Origin: Bacilli bacterium
GTDB taxonomy: Bacteria; Bacillota_I; Bacilli_A; RFN20; CAG-826
Assembly (NCBI GenBank): GCA_045117995.1
Contig: JBGUOH010000001.1
Coordinates: 746-64,745, forward strand
Length of the DNA: 64,000 nt
Direction: 5' to 3'
Position 1 is the stretch's first letter. Every line of letters begins with the position of its first letter. This document shows, piece after piece, positions 47,786 to 57,798 of this stretch. The translations under genes and the position numbers were made by a program. Under the pieces are notes generated by a model. The model saw only the letters and a list, made by a program, of their open reading frames with translations, did not search any database and was not told the origin of the DNA.

Positions 47786-49535
47786 TGAAAAGCTTTTTGG
47801 CGACCATAAGATTCCCACAAGCGTAATGCTCAAGCGTTTACTTCGTTACATTCGTCCTGAATGGAAGTCTTTCCTATTCTCCTTTTTACTCATCATTTTG
47901 AATGTTGGCTTTGAAGTCATCACTCCTTTATTCATTAAAGAATTCACTAATGCAATTGCGGACACTAGTGTGACCTTAGCCTATATCATGGGCTTATCCA
48001 TTGGTTACTTCATCATTAGTATTGTTTCACAAGCGATGATTTACTTTGAAAGTATGCTCCTACAAAAAGCGGGTCAAAGAATTGTCTATAAGCTTCGTAT
48101 GGAAGTATTCGAACATATTGAAAATATGTCACAAAATCAATTCAATGCGATGCCAGTGGGCTCCTTAGTTACTAGGGTCGCTAACTATACAACCGCTTTA
48201 AGTGATTTGTTCACTAACGTATTAGTGTTATTACTACGTAATATTTTGACAGTTATTGGTGTTTACGCTGTCATGCTCTTCTTATCATGGAAGCTATCTT
48301 TAATCCTCTTTGGATTCGTTATTTTAGTCTTTGTGGCGTCCTTAATCTTTAGAAACATCATCACGAAGATTTACCGTAAAGAAAGACAATTAACTTCTGA
48401 TATGAATACATTCTTGAATGAGAATCTTTCTGGTATGAAGATTATTCAAATCTTTAACCAAGAAGACCGCAAAGAAAAAGAATTTAACGAAAAGAATATC
48501 GCTTTAAGAAAGACCAAGTTCAATGCGATTTTAGCACACGCAATCTATCGTCCAGCGATTAACTTGTTGTATTATTCCGCCTTAGCGGTCACCTTTGTGG
48601 TGGGCTTACAGCTCAAGCTAGACGCTGGTGAAATAGTGGCCTTCTATCTCTTCTTATCGAGATTCTTTAACCCTGTTCAAACGATTGCTGATCAAATCAA
48701 TCAGATTCAAAAAGCCACAACATCAAGCGAAAGATTATTTAACCTTCTTGACGTACCACCAGAAGTCGTCGATGTGTCAAATCCAATCCACATGGAAACA
48801 TTCAAAGGCAAGATCGAGTTCCGTCATGTTTGGTTTGCTTATGAAGGTGAAGATTGGATCCTTAGAGACGTCTCATTTACCATCGAACCACATCAAACCG
48901 TGGCGTTCGTAGGCGCTACTGGCGCTGGCAAAACCACAATTCTATCTTTGATAGTGAGAAATTATACTGTGCAAAAAGGTCAAATCTTAATCGATGATGT
49001 CGATATCAACAATATTGAGATTAAGTCGTTAAGAAACGCTGTTGGACAAATGCTCCAAGATGTTTTCCTATTCACCGGCACAATTAAAAGTAATATTACC
49101 CTTCATGACGATGAGTACACAGACGAAGAAATCAATAGAGTGTGCGAATACGTGAACGCTGATAAGTTCATCAATAAACTTGAAAAAGGTTTAGATACTG
49201 AAGTCTTAGAGAAAGGTGATAACTTCTCCCAAGGTCAAAGACAATTACTCTCATTCGCGAGAACTGTTTTACATAAACCTCAAATCCTTATTTTGGATGA
49301 AGCAACAGCGAACATTGATACAGAAACTGAAAAGCTCATCCAAGACTCTTTAGAAAAGATTAAGAATATCGGTACAATGCTTGTCGTAGCTCATAGATTA
49401 TCTACTATTCAAAACGCTGATCAGATTATTGTTTTACAACATGGTGAAGTCATTGAAAAAGGTACTCATCAATCGTTGTTAAGACAAAAAGGCTACTACC
49501 ACAAACTATATCTTTTACAGTTCAGAAACGACTAG
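47772..49535 (+). CDS. ABC exporter half-transporter (TMD-NBD), partner subunit with a canonical Walker B and a degenerate signature
   Basis: Overlaps the upstream gene by 14 nt. Six TM helices. Walker A GATGAGKTT, Walker B ILILDEATANID, and signature FSQGQRQLLSFART, which diverges from LSGGQ. Confidence 0.8.
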   Translation: MAEDNEKLFGDHKIPTSVMLKRLLRYIRPEWKSFLFSFLLIILNVGFEVITPLFIKEFTNAIADTSVTLAYIMGLSIGYFIISIVSQAMIYFESMLLQKAGQRIVYKLRMEVFEHIENMSQNQFNAMPVGSLVTRVANYTTALSDLFTNVLVLLLRNILTVIGVYAVMLFLSWKLSLILFGFVILVFVASLIFRNIITKIYRKERQLTSDMNTFLNENLSGMKIIQIFNQEDRKEKEFNEKNIALRKTKFNAILAHAIYRPAINLLYYSALAVTFVVGLQLKLDAGEIVAFYLFLSRFFNPVQTIADQINQIQKATTSSERLFNLLDVPPEVVDVSNPIHMETFKGKIEFRHVWFAYEGEDWILRDVSFTIEPHQTVAFVGATGAGKTTILSLIVRNYTVQKGQILIDDVDINNIEIKSLRNAVGQMLQDVFLFTGTIKSNITLHDDEYTDEEINRVCEYVNADKFINKLEKGLDTEVLEKGDNFSQGQRQLLSFARTVLHKPQILILDEATANIDTETEKLIQDSLEKIKNIGTMLVVAHRLSTIQNADQIIVLQHGEVIEKGTHQSLLRQKGYYHKLYLLQFRND

Positions 49536-49610
49536 TTTGATACCCCTTTATTAATATAATCTCTTTAATTTTCTTGAGAAAAGTAAAGAAAAAGGGTTAA
49601 GATATAGGGT

Positions 49611-51824
49611 ATGGAAAATAACAAAGCTCCAGTCAATGGTGGATACCCTCTACATACCTTTCAAGAAGTTGAAGACATCTACATGGTTTATATCTCCTCT
49701 AAGGAAGATAGAAGTAGAATCGAAGATGCCTATCATTTCATTTTGGAAAAGCATGAAGGCCAAACCAGAAAAAGCGGTGAACCATATTATCATCACCTTA
49801 TCGAAGTAGCGTATATTCTCGCTTCTTTACAATGTGGTCCTAATACAATTATCGCTGGTCTTTTGCATGACGTTGTCGAAGACACTGATACATCCGTTGA
49901 AGATATTAAAAAGAGATGGGGCGAAGAAGTTAGCCGTATCGTTGATGCCTTAACAAAGATTCAACGTTTAAAATTATCCAAAATTACTGCAGAAGAATTT
50001 GAAGCGGAAGATCATCGTAAGATTTTCCTTGGTATGGCTAAGGATATCCGCGTCATTTTAATTAAGCTCGCTGATAGATTACATAACTTAAGAACTTTAG
50101 GCGCTTTAAGCCGTGAAAGACAAATCGCTATTTGTAAAGAAACAATGGAAGTCTTCTCACCAATCGCTGAACGTTTAGGTTTGGACATCATCAAAAGCGA
50201 GATGGAAGATCTCTGTATTAAGTACTTAGAACCAGAAAAGTACGCTGAAATTAAGAGATTATTATCCAAAAAGACCGCACTTTTAGTGAAATCTCTTGAT
50301 GGTTTGAAAAAGAGAATCGCTGATGCTTTATTTGAAAAGAAAATTCCATTCGAAATTTCTTCTCGTGTTAAATCTATTAATTCTATTTATAGAAAGATGT
50401 ACGTTAAAGGTCATCCATTTGAAGAAATCTATGATATTTTAGCCTTAAGAATTATCACTGAGACAGATATGCAGTGTTATGAAATACTTGGTTTAATCCA
50501 TCAGATGTATAAGCCAGTTCCTGGCAGATTCAAAGATTACATCGCGATGCCTAAACCAAATATGTATCAATCCTTACATACCACAGTTGTCGGTGGTGAT
50601 GGTAACTTCTACGAAGTCCAAATCAGAACTAAAGAGATGGATAACATTGCAGAAACCGGCATCGCTGCACACTGGGCGTATAAAGAAGGCGGCTATAACT
50701 CACAAGTCGAACAAAAAGAAATTGAAAATAAATTGCACTGGTTTAGAGAATTCGTTTCTCTTTCTAGCGAATCCGAAAACGAAGGTGCATCCGAATACAT
50801 GGATAACCTTAACCGTGATATTTTCGAATCTCACGTCTACGTCTTTACCCCTAAGGGTAAGGTTGTGGAACTTCCAAGTGAATCAACACCTGTTGACTTC
50901 GCCTATAGGGTACACACCAAGGTAGGCGATCAATGCGTTGGCGCGCTCGTTAATGGCGTGATGGTCCCACTTAACACCGTTCTTAAAACTGGTGACATGG
51001 TGGAAATTAAAACAAGTAGAACTTCTCCAGGTCCAAGTGAAGGTTGGTTAGACTTCGTGGCGTCATCCTCAGCGAAATCTGCGATTAGAAAGTTTATTGC
51101 CAAGAAGAACGCTGACTTGATGCGTGAAGATCGCATTATTAAAGGTAAACAAAGCTGTATCGATGCTTTCCATGAACGCGGCATTGAAGAAGCAGAAATG
51201 GTGAAGATGCTCAACACTGATAAAGTTCTTAACGAGTATCGTGTCCCAGACCTTGATTCCTTATACGTTGCAGTATTCGGTAGAAAACCAACTGCGAACG
51301 CTTTAGTGGAATTCTTAAAGATTAAAAGACCAGTCAATCTCTCGCTCAATCTCGCTAAGAGAAGAAATGCGAAATATGATGGCTGTCCAGTATATGCGAA
51401 AGGCGCAGGCAAGATCGCCATTGCCTTAGCGAACTGCTGCACCCCTGTTCCAGGTGATGATATCGTTGGATACATTACTCGTGGTAAAGGTATTACAGTC
51501 CATAGAAGAAACTGTCCAAACGTCATGAACGAAACAGAAAGACTTCTTGAAGTCTTCTGGAGAGATGATATTGAATTTGCGACTTATCCAGTCGATATTG
51601 TCATCGAAGCAAGCGATAGAAACAACTTGCTCATGGATGTGATGAACATCTTCAACAACGCCAAAGTGGGCGTGAATAATTTGCACGCTCGTAGCAATAC
51701 GCAAAACCTGTCCGCGACTATCAGCGCGACAATAATGGTCTCAGACGCTAAACGCTTAAACGATATCTTCATTCTTTTAAAAGGTATCACCGGTGTTTAC
51801 CGCGTTGACCGTGTCATTCATTAA
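49611..51824 (+). CDS. relA: Bifunctional (p)ppGpp synthetase/hydrolase RelA/SpoT (Rel)
   Basis: 737 aa. HD hydrolase motif (HLIEVAYIL...LLHDVVEDT), synthetase domain, TGS and C-terminal ACT. Confidence 0.9.
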   Translation: MENNKAPVNGGYPLHTFQEVEDIYMVYISSKEDRSRIEDAYHFILEKHEGQTRKSGEPYYHHLIEVAYILASLQCGPNTIIAGLLHDVVEDTDTSVEDIKKRWGEEVSRIVDALTKIQRLKLSKITAEEFEAEDHRKIFLGMAKDIRVILIKLADRLHNLRTLGALSRERQIAICKETMEVFSPIAERLGLDIIKSEMEDLCIKYLEPEKYAEIKRLLSKKTALLVKSLDGLKKRIADALFEKKIPFEISSRVKSINSIYRKMYVKGHPFEEIYDILALRIITETDMQCYEILGLIHQMYKPVPGRFKDYIAMPKPNMYQSLHTTVVGGDGNFYEVQIRTKEMDNIAETGIAAHWAYKEGGYNSQVEQKEIENKLHWFREFVSLSSESENEGASEYMDNLNRDIFESHVYVFTPKGKVVELPSESTPVDFAYRVHTKVGDQCVGALVNGVMVPLNTVLKTGDMVEIKTSRTSPGPSEGWLDFVASSSAKSAIRKFIAKKNADLMREDRIIKGKQSCIDAFHERGIEEAEMVKMLNTDKVLNEYRVPDLDSLYVAVFGRKPTANALVEFLKIKRPVNLSLNLAKRRNAKYDGCPVYAKGAGKIAIALANCCTPVPGDDIVGYITRGKGITVHRRNCPNVMNETERLLEVFWRDDIEFATYPVDIVIEASDRNNLLMDVMNIFNNAKVGVNNLHARSNTQNLSATISATIMVSDAKRLNDIFILLKGITGVYRVDRVIH

Positions 51825-51834
51825 AGGAGAAATT

Positions 51835-53118
51835 ATGTCAGTTAATAACGTTAAAGGCACTCACGACATCATTGGTGAAGAATCCAATGCATTTGCCTAC
51901 ATTGAAAATCTCTTAAAACAAATATGTGATTTATTCGCATATAACGAAGTTAGACCTCCAGTCATCGAACATAGCGAACTCTTCATTCGCGGTGTTGGTG
52001 AAGGGAGTGATATTGTCCGTAAGGAAATGTACACATTCCTTGATAAAGGCGAACGTTCTATTACATTACGTCCAGAATTCACCGCGGGCATTATGCGTTT
52101 AATCGTGCAAAATAAGTTATTAGCCACAAACGAATTACCATATAAGGTTTATTACTGTGGTCCAGTCTTCCGTTATGAAAGACCACAACTTGGTAGATAT
52201 CGTCAGTTCAACCAATTCGGTGTGGAAGCAGTGGGTAACAATTCTCCTGAAATCGATGTAGAAACAATTACCTTAGCGTACACAATCTTAAGTTCTTTGA
52301 ACTTAGAAGGCGTCACAATTAGCATTAACACTCTTGGTGATGATGAATCTAGAAACGCTTATAAAGAAGCCTTAAAAGCTTACTTTGCTAAATATTTAGA
52401 TAAGATGTGTTCGGACTGCCACAGCCGTTATGAACTTAATCCTTTAAGAATTCTCGACTGTAAGGTCCCTGAAGATCAAGAAATCGTTAAAGGCGCACCA
52501 AAGATGAAAGATTATCTTAGCGATGCCGCGAAAGAAAGATTCAATCGTGTCTTAGCCTTATTAGACGAATTAGATATTCCTTATCAAGTTGATGATACTT
52601 TAGTGAGAGGCTTAGATTATTATTCAGAAACCGTCTTTGAATTCCATTATGTTTCTAAGACTGGTAATGACTACGGCGCGATTGGTGCTGGTGGTCACTA
52701 CGATAAGCTCGTTAAAGAATTAGGTGGTCCAGATGCCGCTGGCGTGGGTTTCTCCTTCGGTGTTGAAAGATTATATAGTGTCCTTAAAGACGATAATCTC
52801 TTACCAGAAGATATCAATAACCCAGTGGAAATCTACATTATGCCTCTAGGCATGAACGCTAAAGCGATGGCCTTAAGCGTCGCTAGCGAATTACGCTTAA
52901 ATGCTTATAGAACAGACATCTGCTATGAAGATGTCAAACTCGGCAATATGTTCAAGCGTGCAGAAAGAAAAGGCGCGAAATTTGCCATTATTATTGGTGA
53001 TGACGAAGTCAATAAGCAAGAAGTCGTCATTAAAAACTTAACTTCTACGGAACAAAAGAGTTGTCCGTTAGATAGATTAGTCGAAACTATTTCTAAAGAA
53101 ATGGGTGAAGACAAATAA
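51835..53118 (+). CDS. hisS: Histidyl-tRNA synthetase
   Basis: Start taken at ATG 51835 (MSVNNVKGTHD...), after an AAGGAGA SD. Class II motifs, HisRS motifs (RPEFTAG; GGGHYD-like AGGHYD) and an anticodon-binding C-terminus. Confidence 0.85.
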   Translation: MSVNNVKGTHDIIGEESNAFAYIENLLKQICDLFAYNEVRPPVIEHSELFIRGVGEGSDIVRKEMYTFLDKGERSITLRPEFTAGIMRLIVQNKLLATNELPYKVYYCGPVFRYERPQLGRYRQFNQFGVEAVGNNSPEIDVETITLAYTILSSLNLEGVTISINTLGDDESRNAYKEALKAYFAKYLDKMCSDCHSRYELNPLRILDCKVPEDQEIVKGAPKMKDYLSDAAKERFNRVLALLDELDIPYQVDDTLVRGLDYYSETVFEFHYVSKTGNDYGAIGAGGHYDKLVKELGGPDAAGVGFSFGVERLYSVLKDDNLLPEDINNPVEIYIMPLGMNAKAMALSVASELRLNAYRTDICYEDVKLGNMFKRAERKGAKFAIIIGDDEVNKQEVVIKNLTSTEQKSCPLDRLVETISKEMGEDK

Positions 53119-53141
53119 TTATTAAAGATAGGAAAAGCTTT

Positions 53142-54866
53142 ATGGAAAGAAGTCATTACAGCAACGAATTAGGACTCGCTAATGTAGGCGAAAAAGTTAG
53201 CTTACTTGGCTGGGTCAGTAAAAGAAGAAATCTCGGCTCTTTGTTATTCATTGACTTAAGAGACCGCTATGGCATCGTACAAATCGTCGTTAACGACGGC
53301 TTAGAAATTCCTGATGTCAGAAATGAATACGTCATTCAAGTGAAAGGTGAAGTCGCTAAGAGAGCAACCGCCAATCCAAAACTCAAAAGTGGTGAAATCG
53401 AAGTCATCGCTAGTGAGATTGTGGTGCTCAACACTGCTAAAACCACACCAATCATTGTCGCTGACGAAACCGACGCTTTAGAAGATACACGTTTGAAATA
53501 CCGTTATCTCGACTTACGTCGTCCATGCATGAAGAAATACTTTGATGTGCGTGACACCATTAAAATGACCACACACAGCTTTATGCATAAAAACAATTTC
53601 ATTGAAATTGAAACCCCAATGCTTTGCGCATCCTCACCTGAAGGTGCAAAAGAATATTTAGTGCCTTCCCGTGTGCATAAAGGCCAATTCTATGCCTTAC
53701 CACAAAGCCCTCAAATGTTTAAGCAATTACTCATGGTCGCGGGTTTTGAAAGATACTATCAAATTGCTAGATGCTTTAGAGATGAAGACTTAAGAGCGGA
53801 CCGTCAACCAGATTTCACACAAATCGATATTGAAACAAGCTTCTTAGATCAACAACAATTCTTAACATTAATGGAACAATTAATTAAAGATATCTTTAAA
53901 GCCACAATTAACTATGACGTCAAACTTCCATTAAGACAAATGACTTATAAAGAAGCCATGGACCGTTTCGGTAGTGATAAGCCAGATACAAGATTCGGTA
54001 TTGAGCTCAATAATATCAAAGATATTTTTGCTAATACCACATTCGCTGGTTATCAAACCGCTGAAGCAATTAAAGCTATCATTGTTAACGGTGTGGCGGA
54101 TCAAACTTCCCGTAAAGTTATTGATAACTTAACTCTTGAAGCTAAGAAATTCGGTTTAGGCGGTTTAACCGTCCTAAAAAGAGAGAACGGGGAATTAACC
54201 GGTTCCTTCGTTAAATTCCTTTTAGAAGACGAAATTAAGGCCTTAAACGAAAGATTAGCTTTAAAGGATAATGACATAGTAATCATTGCCGCAGGTAATG
54301 ATAATCGTGTTACTCCATTATTAGGTGCGCTACGCTTAAAGTACGGACGTGAACTTGGTCTCATCAAAGAAGGAACCTATGATTTATTATGGGTCATCGA
54401 CTTCCCAATGTTTGAAAGAGACGTGGAAAGTGGGGCAATCGTCGCTACTCACCATCCTTTCACCCGTCCAAGAGACGAAGATGTTAAATACTTAGATGAA
54501 GATCCAACCAAGGTCTTAAGCTATGCTTACGATATCGTTATTAACGGTTATGAAGCTGGTGGTGGCACTCTTCGTATTTACGACCAAGATATGCAAAGAA
54601 AAATCTTTGAAGTCTTGGGCTTAAGCGATGAAGAAATCAAAGAAAGATTTGGTTACTTCGTTGATGCCTTACAATATGGCACACCTCCACACGCAGGTAT
54701 GGCCTTTGGCTTAGACCGTTTAGCGATGATTTTAGGTGGTACAGACAACATCCGTGATGTCATTGCCTTCCCTAAGAACTTAGCCGCGGTTGACCCAATG
54801 ACAAATGCGCCTACAAACGTTACACAAGCGCAACTTGATGAATTAGGCATCAAATTTGACAAATAG
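53142..54866 (+). CDS. aspS: Aspartyl-tRNA synthetase
   Basis: 574 aa. N-terminal OB anticodon-binding domain. Class II motifs (FRDEDLRADRQPEFTQID; GGGSLRIYD-like GGGTLRIYD). The hisS-aspS order matches Bacillus. Confidence 0.9.
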   Translation: MERSHYSNELGLANVGEKVSLLGWVSKRRNLGSLLFIDLRDRYGIVQIVVNDGLEIPDVRNEYVIQVKGEVAKRATANPKLKSGEIEVIASEIVVLNTAKTTPIIVADETDALEDTRLKYRYLDLRRPCMKKYFDVRDTIKMTTHSFMHKNNFIEIETPMLCASSPEGAKEYLVPSRVHKGQFYALPQSPQMFKQLLMVAGFERYYQIARCFRDEDLRADRQPDFTQIDIETSFLDQQQFLTLMEQLIKDIFKATINYDVKLPLRQMTYKEAMDRFGSDKPDTRFGIELNNIKDIFANTTFAGYQTAEAIKAIIVNGVADQTSRKVIDNLTLEAKKFGLGGLTVLKRENGELTGSFVKFLLEDEIKALNERLALKDNDIVIIAAGNDNRVTPLLGALRLKYGRELGLIKEGTYDLLWVIDFPMFERDVESGAIVATHHPFTRPRDEDVKYLDEDPTKVLSYAYDIVINGYEAGGGTLRIYDQDMQRKIFEVLGLSDEEIKERFGYFVDALQYGTPPHAGMAFGLDRLAMILGGTDNIRDVIAFPKNLAAVDPMTNAPTNVTQAQLDELGIKFDK

Positions 54867-54934
54867 GTTATAACATAGTTATACAAGAACTATTAAAATA
54901 CTAGATAATTACTAATCGAGAAAGGTTAAACAAC

Positions 54935-56905
54935 ATGAACAAAAATGATCAATTAGCGATTGCAACAATCAGATCTCTCTGCATTGACACCATCAACAAA
55001 GCAAATTCTGGTCACCCAGGTATGGCGTTAGGTAGTGCACCTGCTCTTTACACCTTATTCACCAAACACTTAGTGGCCACACCAAAAGATAGCAAGTGGT
55101 TCAATAGAGACAGATTCGTCCTCTCCAGCGGACACGCTTCCGCATTACTTTATTCCATGCTCCACTTATGTGGTTACAAAATTAGCATGGACGACATGAA
55201 ACAATTCCGTCAAATCGACTCCTTAACACCAGGTCACCCAGAATATGGTTGGACTGATGGTGTGGACGCCACATCTGGTCCTCTAGGACAAGGTATCTCT
55301 CAAGCTGTTGGTATGGCGATGGCCGAAAGAATGGTCAATAAGCTTTACAGCTTTGGTGATGATGTGTGCAATCACTACACATACGCTTTATGCGGTGATG
55401 GCTGCTTACAAGAAGGTATCTCCCAAGAAGCTATCTCCTTAGCCGGTCACTTAAAACTCAACAAATTCATCCTTTTATACGACGCTAACCAAGTCACACT
55501 TGATGGTGCTTTAGACTTATCCTTCTCTGAACAAGTCAAAGCCAGATTCTTAGCCTCTGAATGGGATGTCATCGAAGTTGCTGATGGTAACGATGTCGAC
55601 GCTATCGATGCCGCTATTAGCAAAGCTAAACAAAGCAAAGAAAAACCAACCATGATTATGATCCATACCATTATCGGTTATGGTTCCGCTAAACAAGGTA
55701 CAAACAAAGTCCATGGTAACCCATTAGGCGCTGAAGACGGTAAGAACGCCAAATTATCCTATGGTTTCGATCATGAAGATTTCTATGTGCCTGAAGAAGT
55801 TTACGATTTGTTCAAGAACACCTTTGGTGCTCGTGGTGAAAAAGCTCTTAACGAATACAACACTAAGTTAGCCAAGTTAGCCGCCAATAAGAACACTAAA
55901 GATGAATATGATCGTTTCATCTCCTTAAACGGTGTTGATGTTGATAAATATTTACCAGGTGTCTATCCAGACTTCGTTGAAGGTTCTTCAACCTCAACAC
56001 GTGTCGCTTCTGGTAAAGCCCTTAACTACTTAATGCTCAGCATGCCAAATTTATTTGGTGGTTCCGCTGACGTTGCTGGTTCTGTTATGACAAAGCTCGA
56101 TAATGGTGCTAACTTTGATGCCAATAATAGAGCGGGTCACAACATCAACTGGGGTATTCGTGAATTCGCAATGGCGAGTGCACAAAATGGTATGCTCTTA
56201 CACGGTGGTGTCCGTAGCTACGTTGGTGCATTCTTCGTCTTCTCCGATTACATGAAACCAGCCATCCGTATGGCCGCATTAAGCCATGTTCCAGCCATCT
56301 ACTTACTATCACACGATAGTATCGCCGTAGGCGAAGATGGTCCAACACACCAACCAATCGAACAATTAGCGATGTTACGTAGCATCCCACACATGGATGT
56401 CATTAGACCTGCTGATGAAAGAGAAACATATGGTGCTTGGTTCGCTGCTTTACAAAGCAAGAATCATCCAACCGCGATTATCCTTTCCCGTCAAAACCTC
56501 CCATTATTAAAGGAATCTGATGGTGAAGCCTTAAAGCGTGGTGCTTATGTTGTTTCTAAAGAACAAAAGAAAGCCGACTTCGTTTTAATCGCCACAGGTA
56601 GTGAAGTCTCCTTAGCGGTTTCCGCTCAAGCGTTATTACTTAAAAAAGGCATCGATGTCCGTGTTGTTTCTATGCCATGTTGGTCCTACTTCGAAAAGCA
56701 AGACGAAGCTTACAAGAAAGAAGTTATTAATCTTCCAAAGGCCAAATGTGTCTCCATCGAAATGCTTTCAACCTTTGGTTGGGCTAAATACGCTGACACA
56801 AATATCGGCTTAGATCAATTCGGTGCTAGCGCTCCTGCTAAAGACGTCTTCAAGAAATTCAATTTCACTCCAGAATACGTTGCTAGCGTGGTTGAAAAGC
56901 TCTAA
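54935..56905 (+). CDS. tkt: Transketolase
   Basis: 656 aa. ThDP-binding GDG...E motif (CGDGCLQEG), transketolase His residues, Pyr and C-terminal domains. Confidence 0.9.
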   Translation: MNKNDQLAIATIRSLCIDTINKANSGHPGMALGSAPALYTLFTKHLVATPKDSKWFNRDRFVLSSGHASALLYSMLHLCGYKISMDDMKQFRQIDSLTPGHPEYGWTDGVDATSGPLGQGISQAVGMAMAERMVNKLYSFGDDVCNHYTYALCGDGCLQEGISQEAISLAGHLKLNKFILLYDANQVTLDGALDLSFSEQVKARFLASEWDVIEVADGNDVDAIDAAISKAKQSKEKPTMIMIHTIIGYGSAKQGTNKVHGNPLGAEDGKNAKLSYGFDHEDFYVPEEVYDLFKNTFGARGEKALNEYNTKLAKLAANKNTKDEYDRFISLNGVDVDKYLPGVYPDFVEGSSTSTRVASGKALNYLMLSMPNLFGGSADVAGSVMTKLDNGANFDANNRAGHNINWGIREFAMASAQNGMLLHGGVRSYVGAFFVFSDYMKPAIRMAALSHVPAIYLLSHDSIAVGEDGPTHQPIEQLAMLRSIPHMDVIRPADERETYGAWFAALQSKNHPTAIILSRQNLPLLKESDGEALKRGAYVVSKEQKKADFVLIATGSEVSLAVSAQALLLKKGIDVRVVSMPCWSYFEKQDEAYKKEVINLPKAKCVSIEMLSTFGWAKYADTNIGLDQFGASAPAKDVFKKFNFTPEYVASVVEKL

Positions 56906-56936
56906 TCTATTCGAAACAAAATACAAAATATAGAGA

Positions 56937-56964
56937 AGTGGAGAAATCCACTTTTCTTTTTTTA
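56937..56964 (+). terminator. Rho-independent terminator after tkt
   Basis: AGTGGA-gaaa-TCCACT followed by TTTTCTTTTTTT. Confidence 0.65.
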
Positions 56965-57013
56965 TCTTTGCTAAACGAATATATTTACTATATATTATAA
57001 GTAGGTAAGGTTT

Positions 57014-57355
57014 ATGGCAGACTACGTCTATATTGAAAACTACGCAAACAAAGGAAAAATTGGTATCTCCATCAATGTCTTCGACAACTTGGTGACCAAT
57101 GCTTTAAGCAATGTTTCCGGTATTTCTATGAGTAGCGCTCATATGAAGCGTAATCAAAAGATTCGTTTAAATAGACCAGTCCAAACAACTATTAGACACG
57201 GTATCGTCCATGTTTGGGTCGCTGTGGATGTCGCTAAAGGCACCAATTTACAAGATGTCACCCGCAATATCCAAGAAGAAATCACCAATGCTTTCTTAAT
57301 GACCACTGAACAAGTTCCATTCGATGTCGCTGTCAACGTTATATCAATTATCTAA
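57014..57355 (+). CDS. Asp23/Gls24-family alkaline-shock protein
   Basis: 113 aa. The DUF322-type sequence lies upstream of nusB, as Bacillus yqhY does. Confidence 0.7.
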   Translation: MADYVYIENYANKGKIGISINVFDNLVTNALSNVSGISMSSAHMKRNQKIRLNRPVQTTIRHGIVHVWVAVDVAKGTNLQDVTRNIQEEITNAFLMTTEQVPFDVAVNVISII

Positions 57356-57375
57356 TCAATCGAAACGCTTTTTTT

Positions 57376-57798
57376 ATGGAAAAAATATCTCGCAATCAAG
57401 AAAACTTTATAATCATGACCGTCATTTATGACGAAATTGCTGACCAAGTGGCCAGTAGAGAACATAACTTCCGTGATGTTGATGAAATCATCACTGAAAT
57501 GACTGATGATCCTCGTCCATTCAAGGAACACAGTAACTATGTTCAAAACATGATTTCTAGTGTTTTGAATAACTATGGTTCAATCATCTCTGCTTTCCAA
57601 CCACACTTAAGAAACTGGAAATGGGAAAGATTACCATTATTAACCCAATCGGTCTTATTAATGAGCTACGCGCATTTCTACTACGTAGAAAAGATTGACA
57701 AGCGCATCGTCATTAATACCGCAGTGGAACTCGCTAAAAAATATATCGAAGAAAAACAGGCCAAATTCATTAACGCGATATTAGACGAGGTGCTCTAA
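57376..57798 (+). CDS. nusB: Transcription antitermination factor NusB
   Basis: 140 aa all-helical protein of NusB length. Conserved asp23-nusB-xseA-xseB order. Confidence 0.7.
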   Translation: MEKISRNQENFIIMTVIYDEIADQVASREHNFRDVDEIITEMTDDPRPFKEHSNYVQNMISSVLNNYGSIISAFQPHLRNWKWERLPLLTQSVLLMSYAHFYYVEKIDKRIVINTAVELAKKYIEEKQAKFINAILDEVL

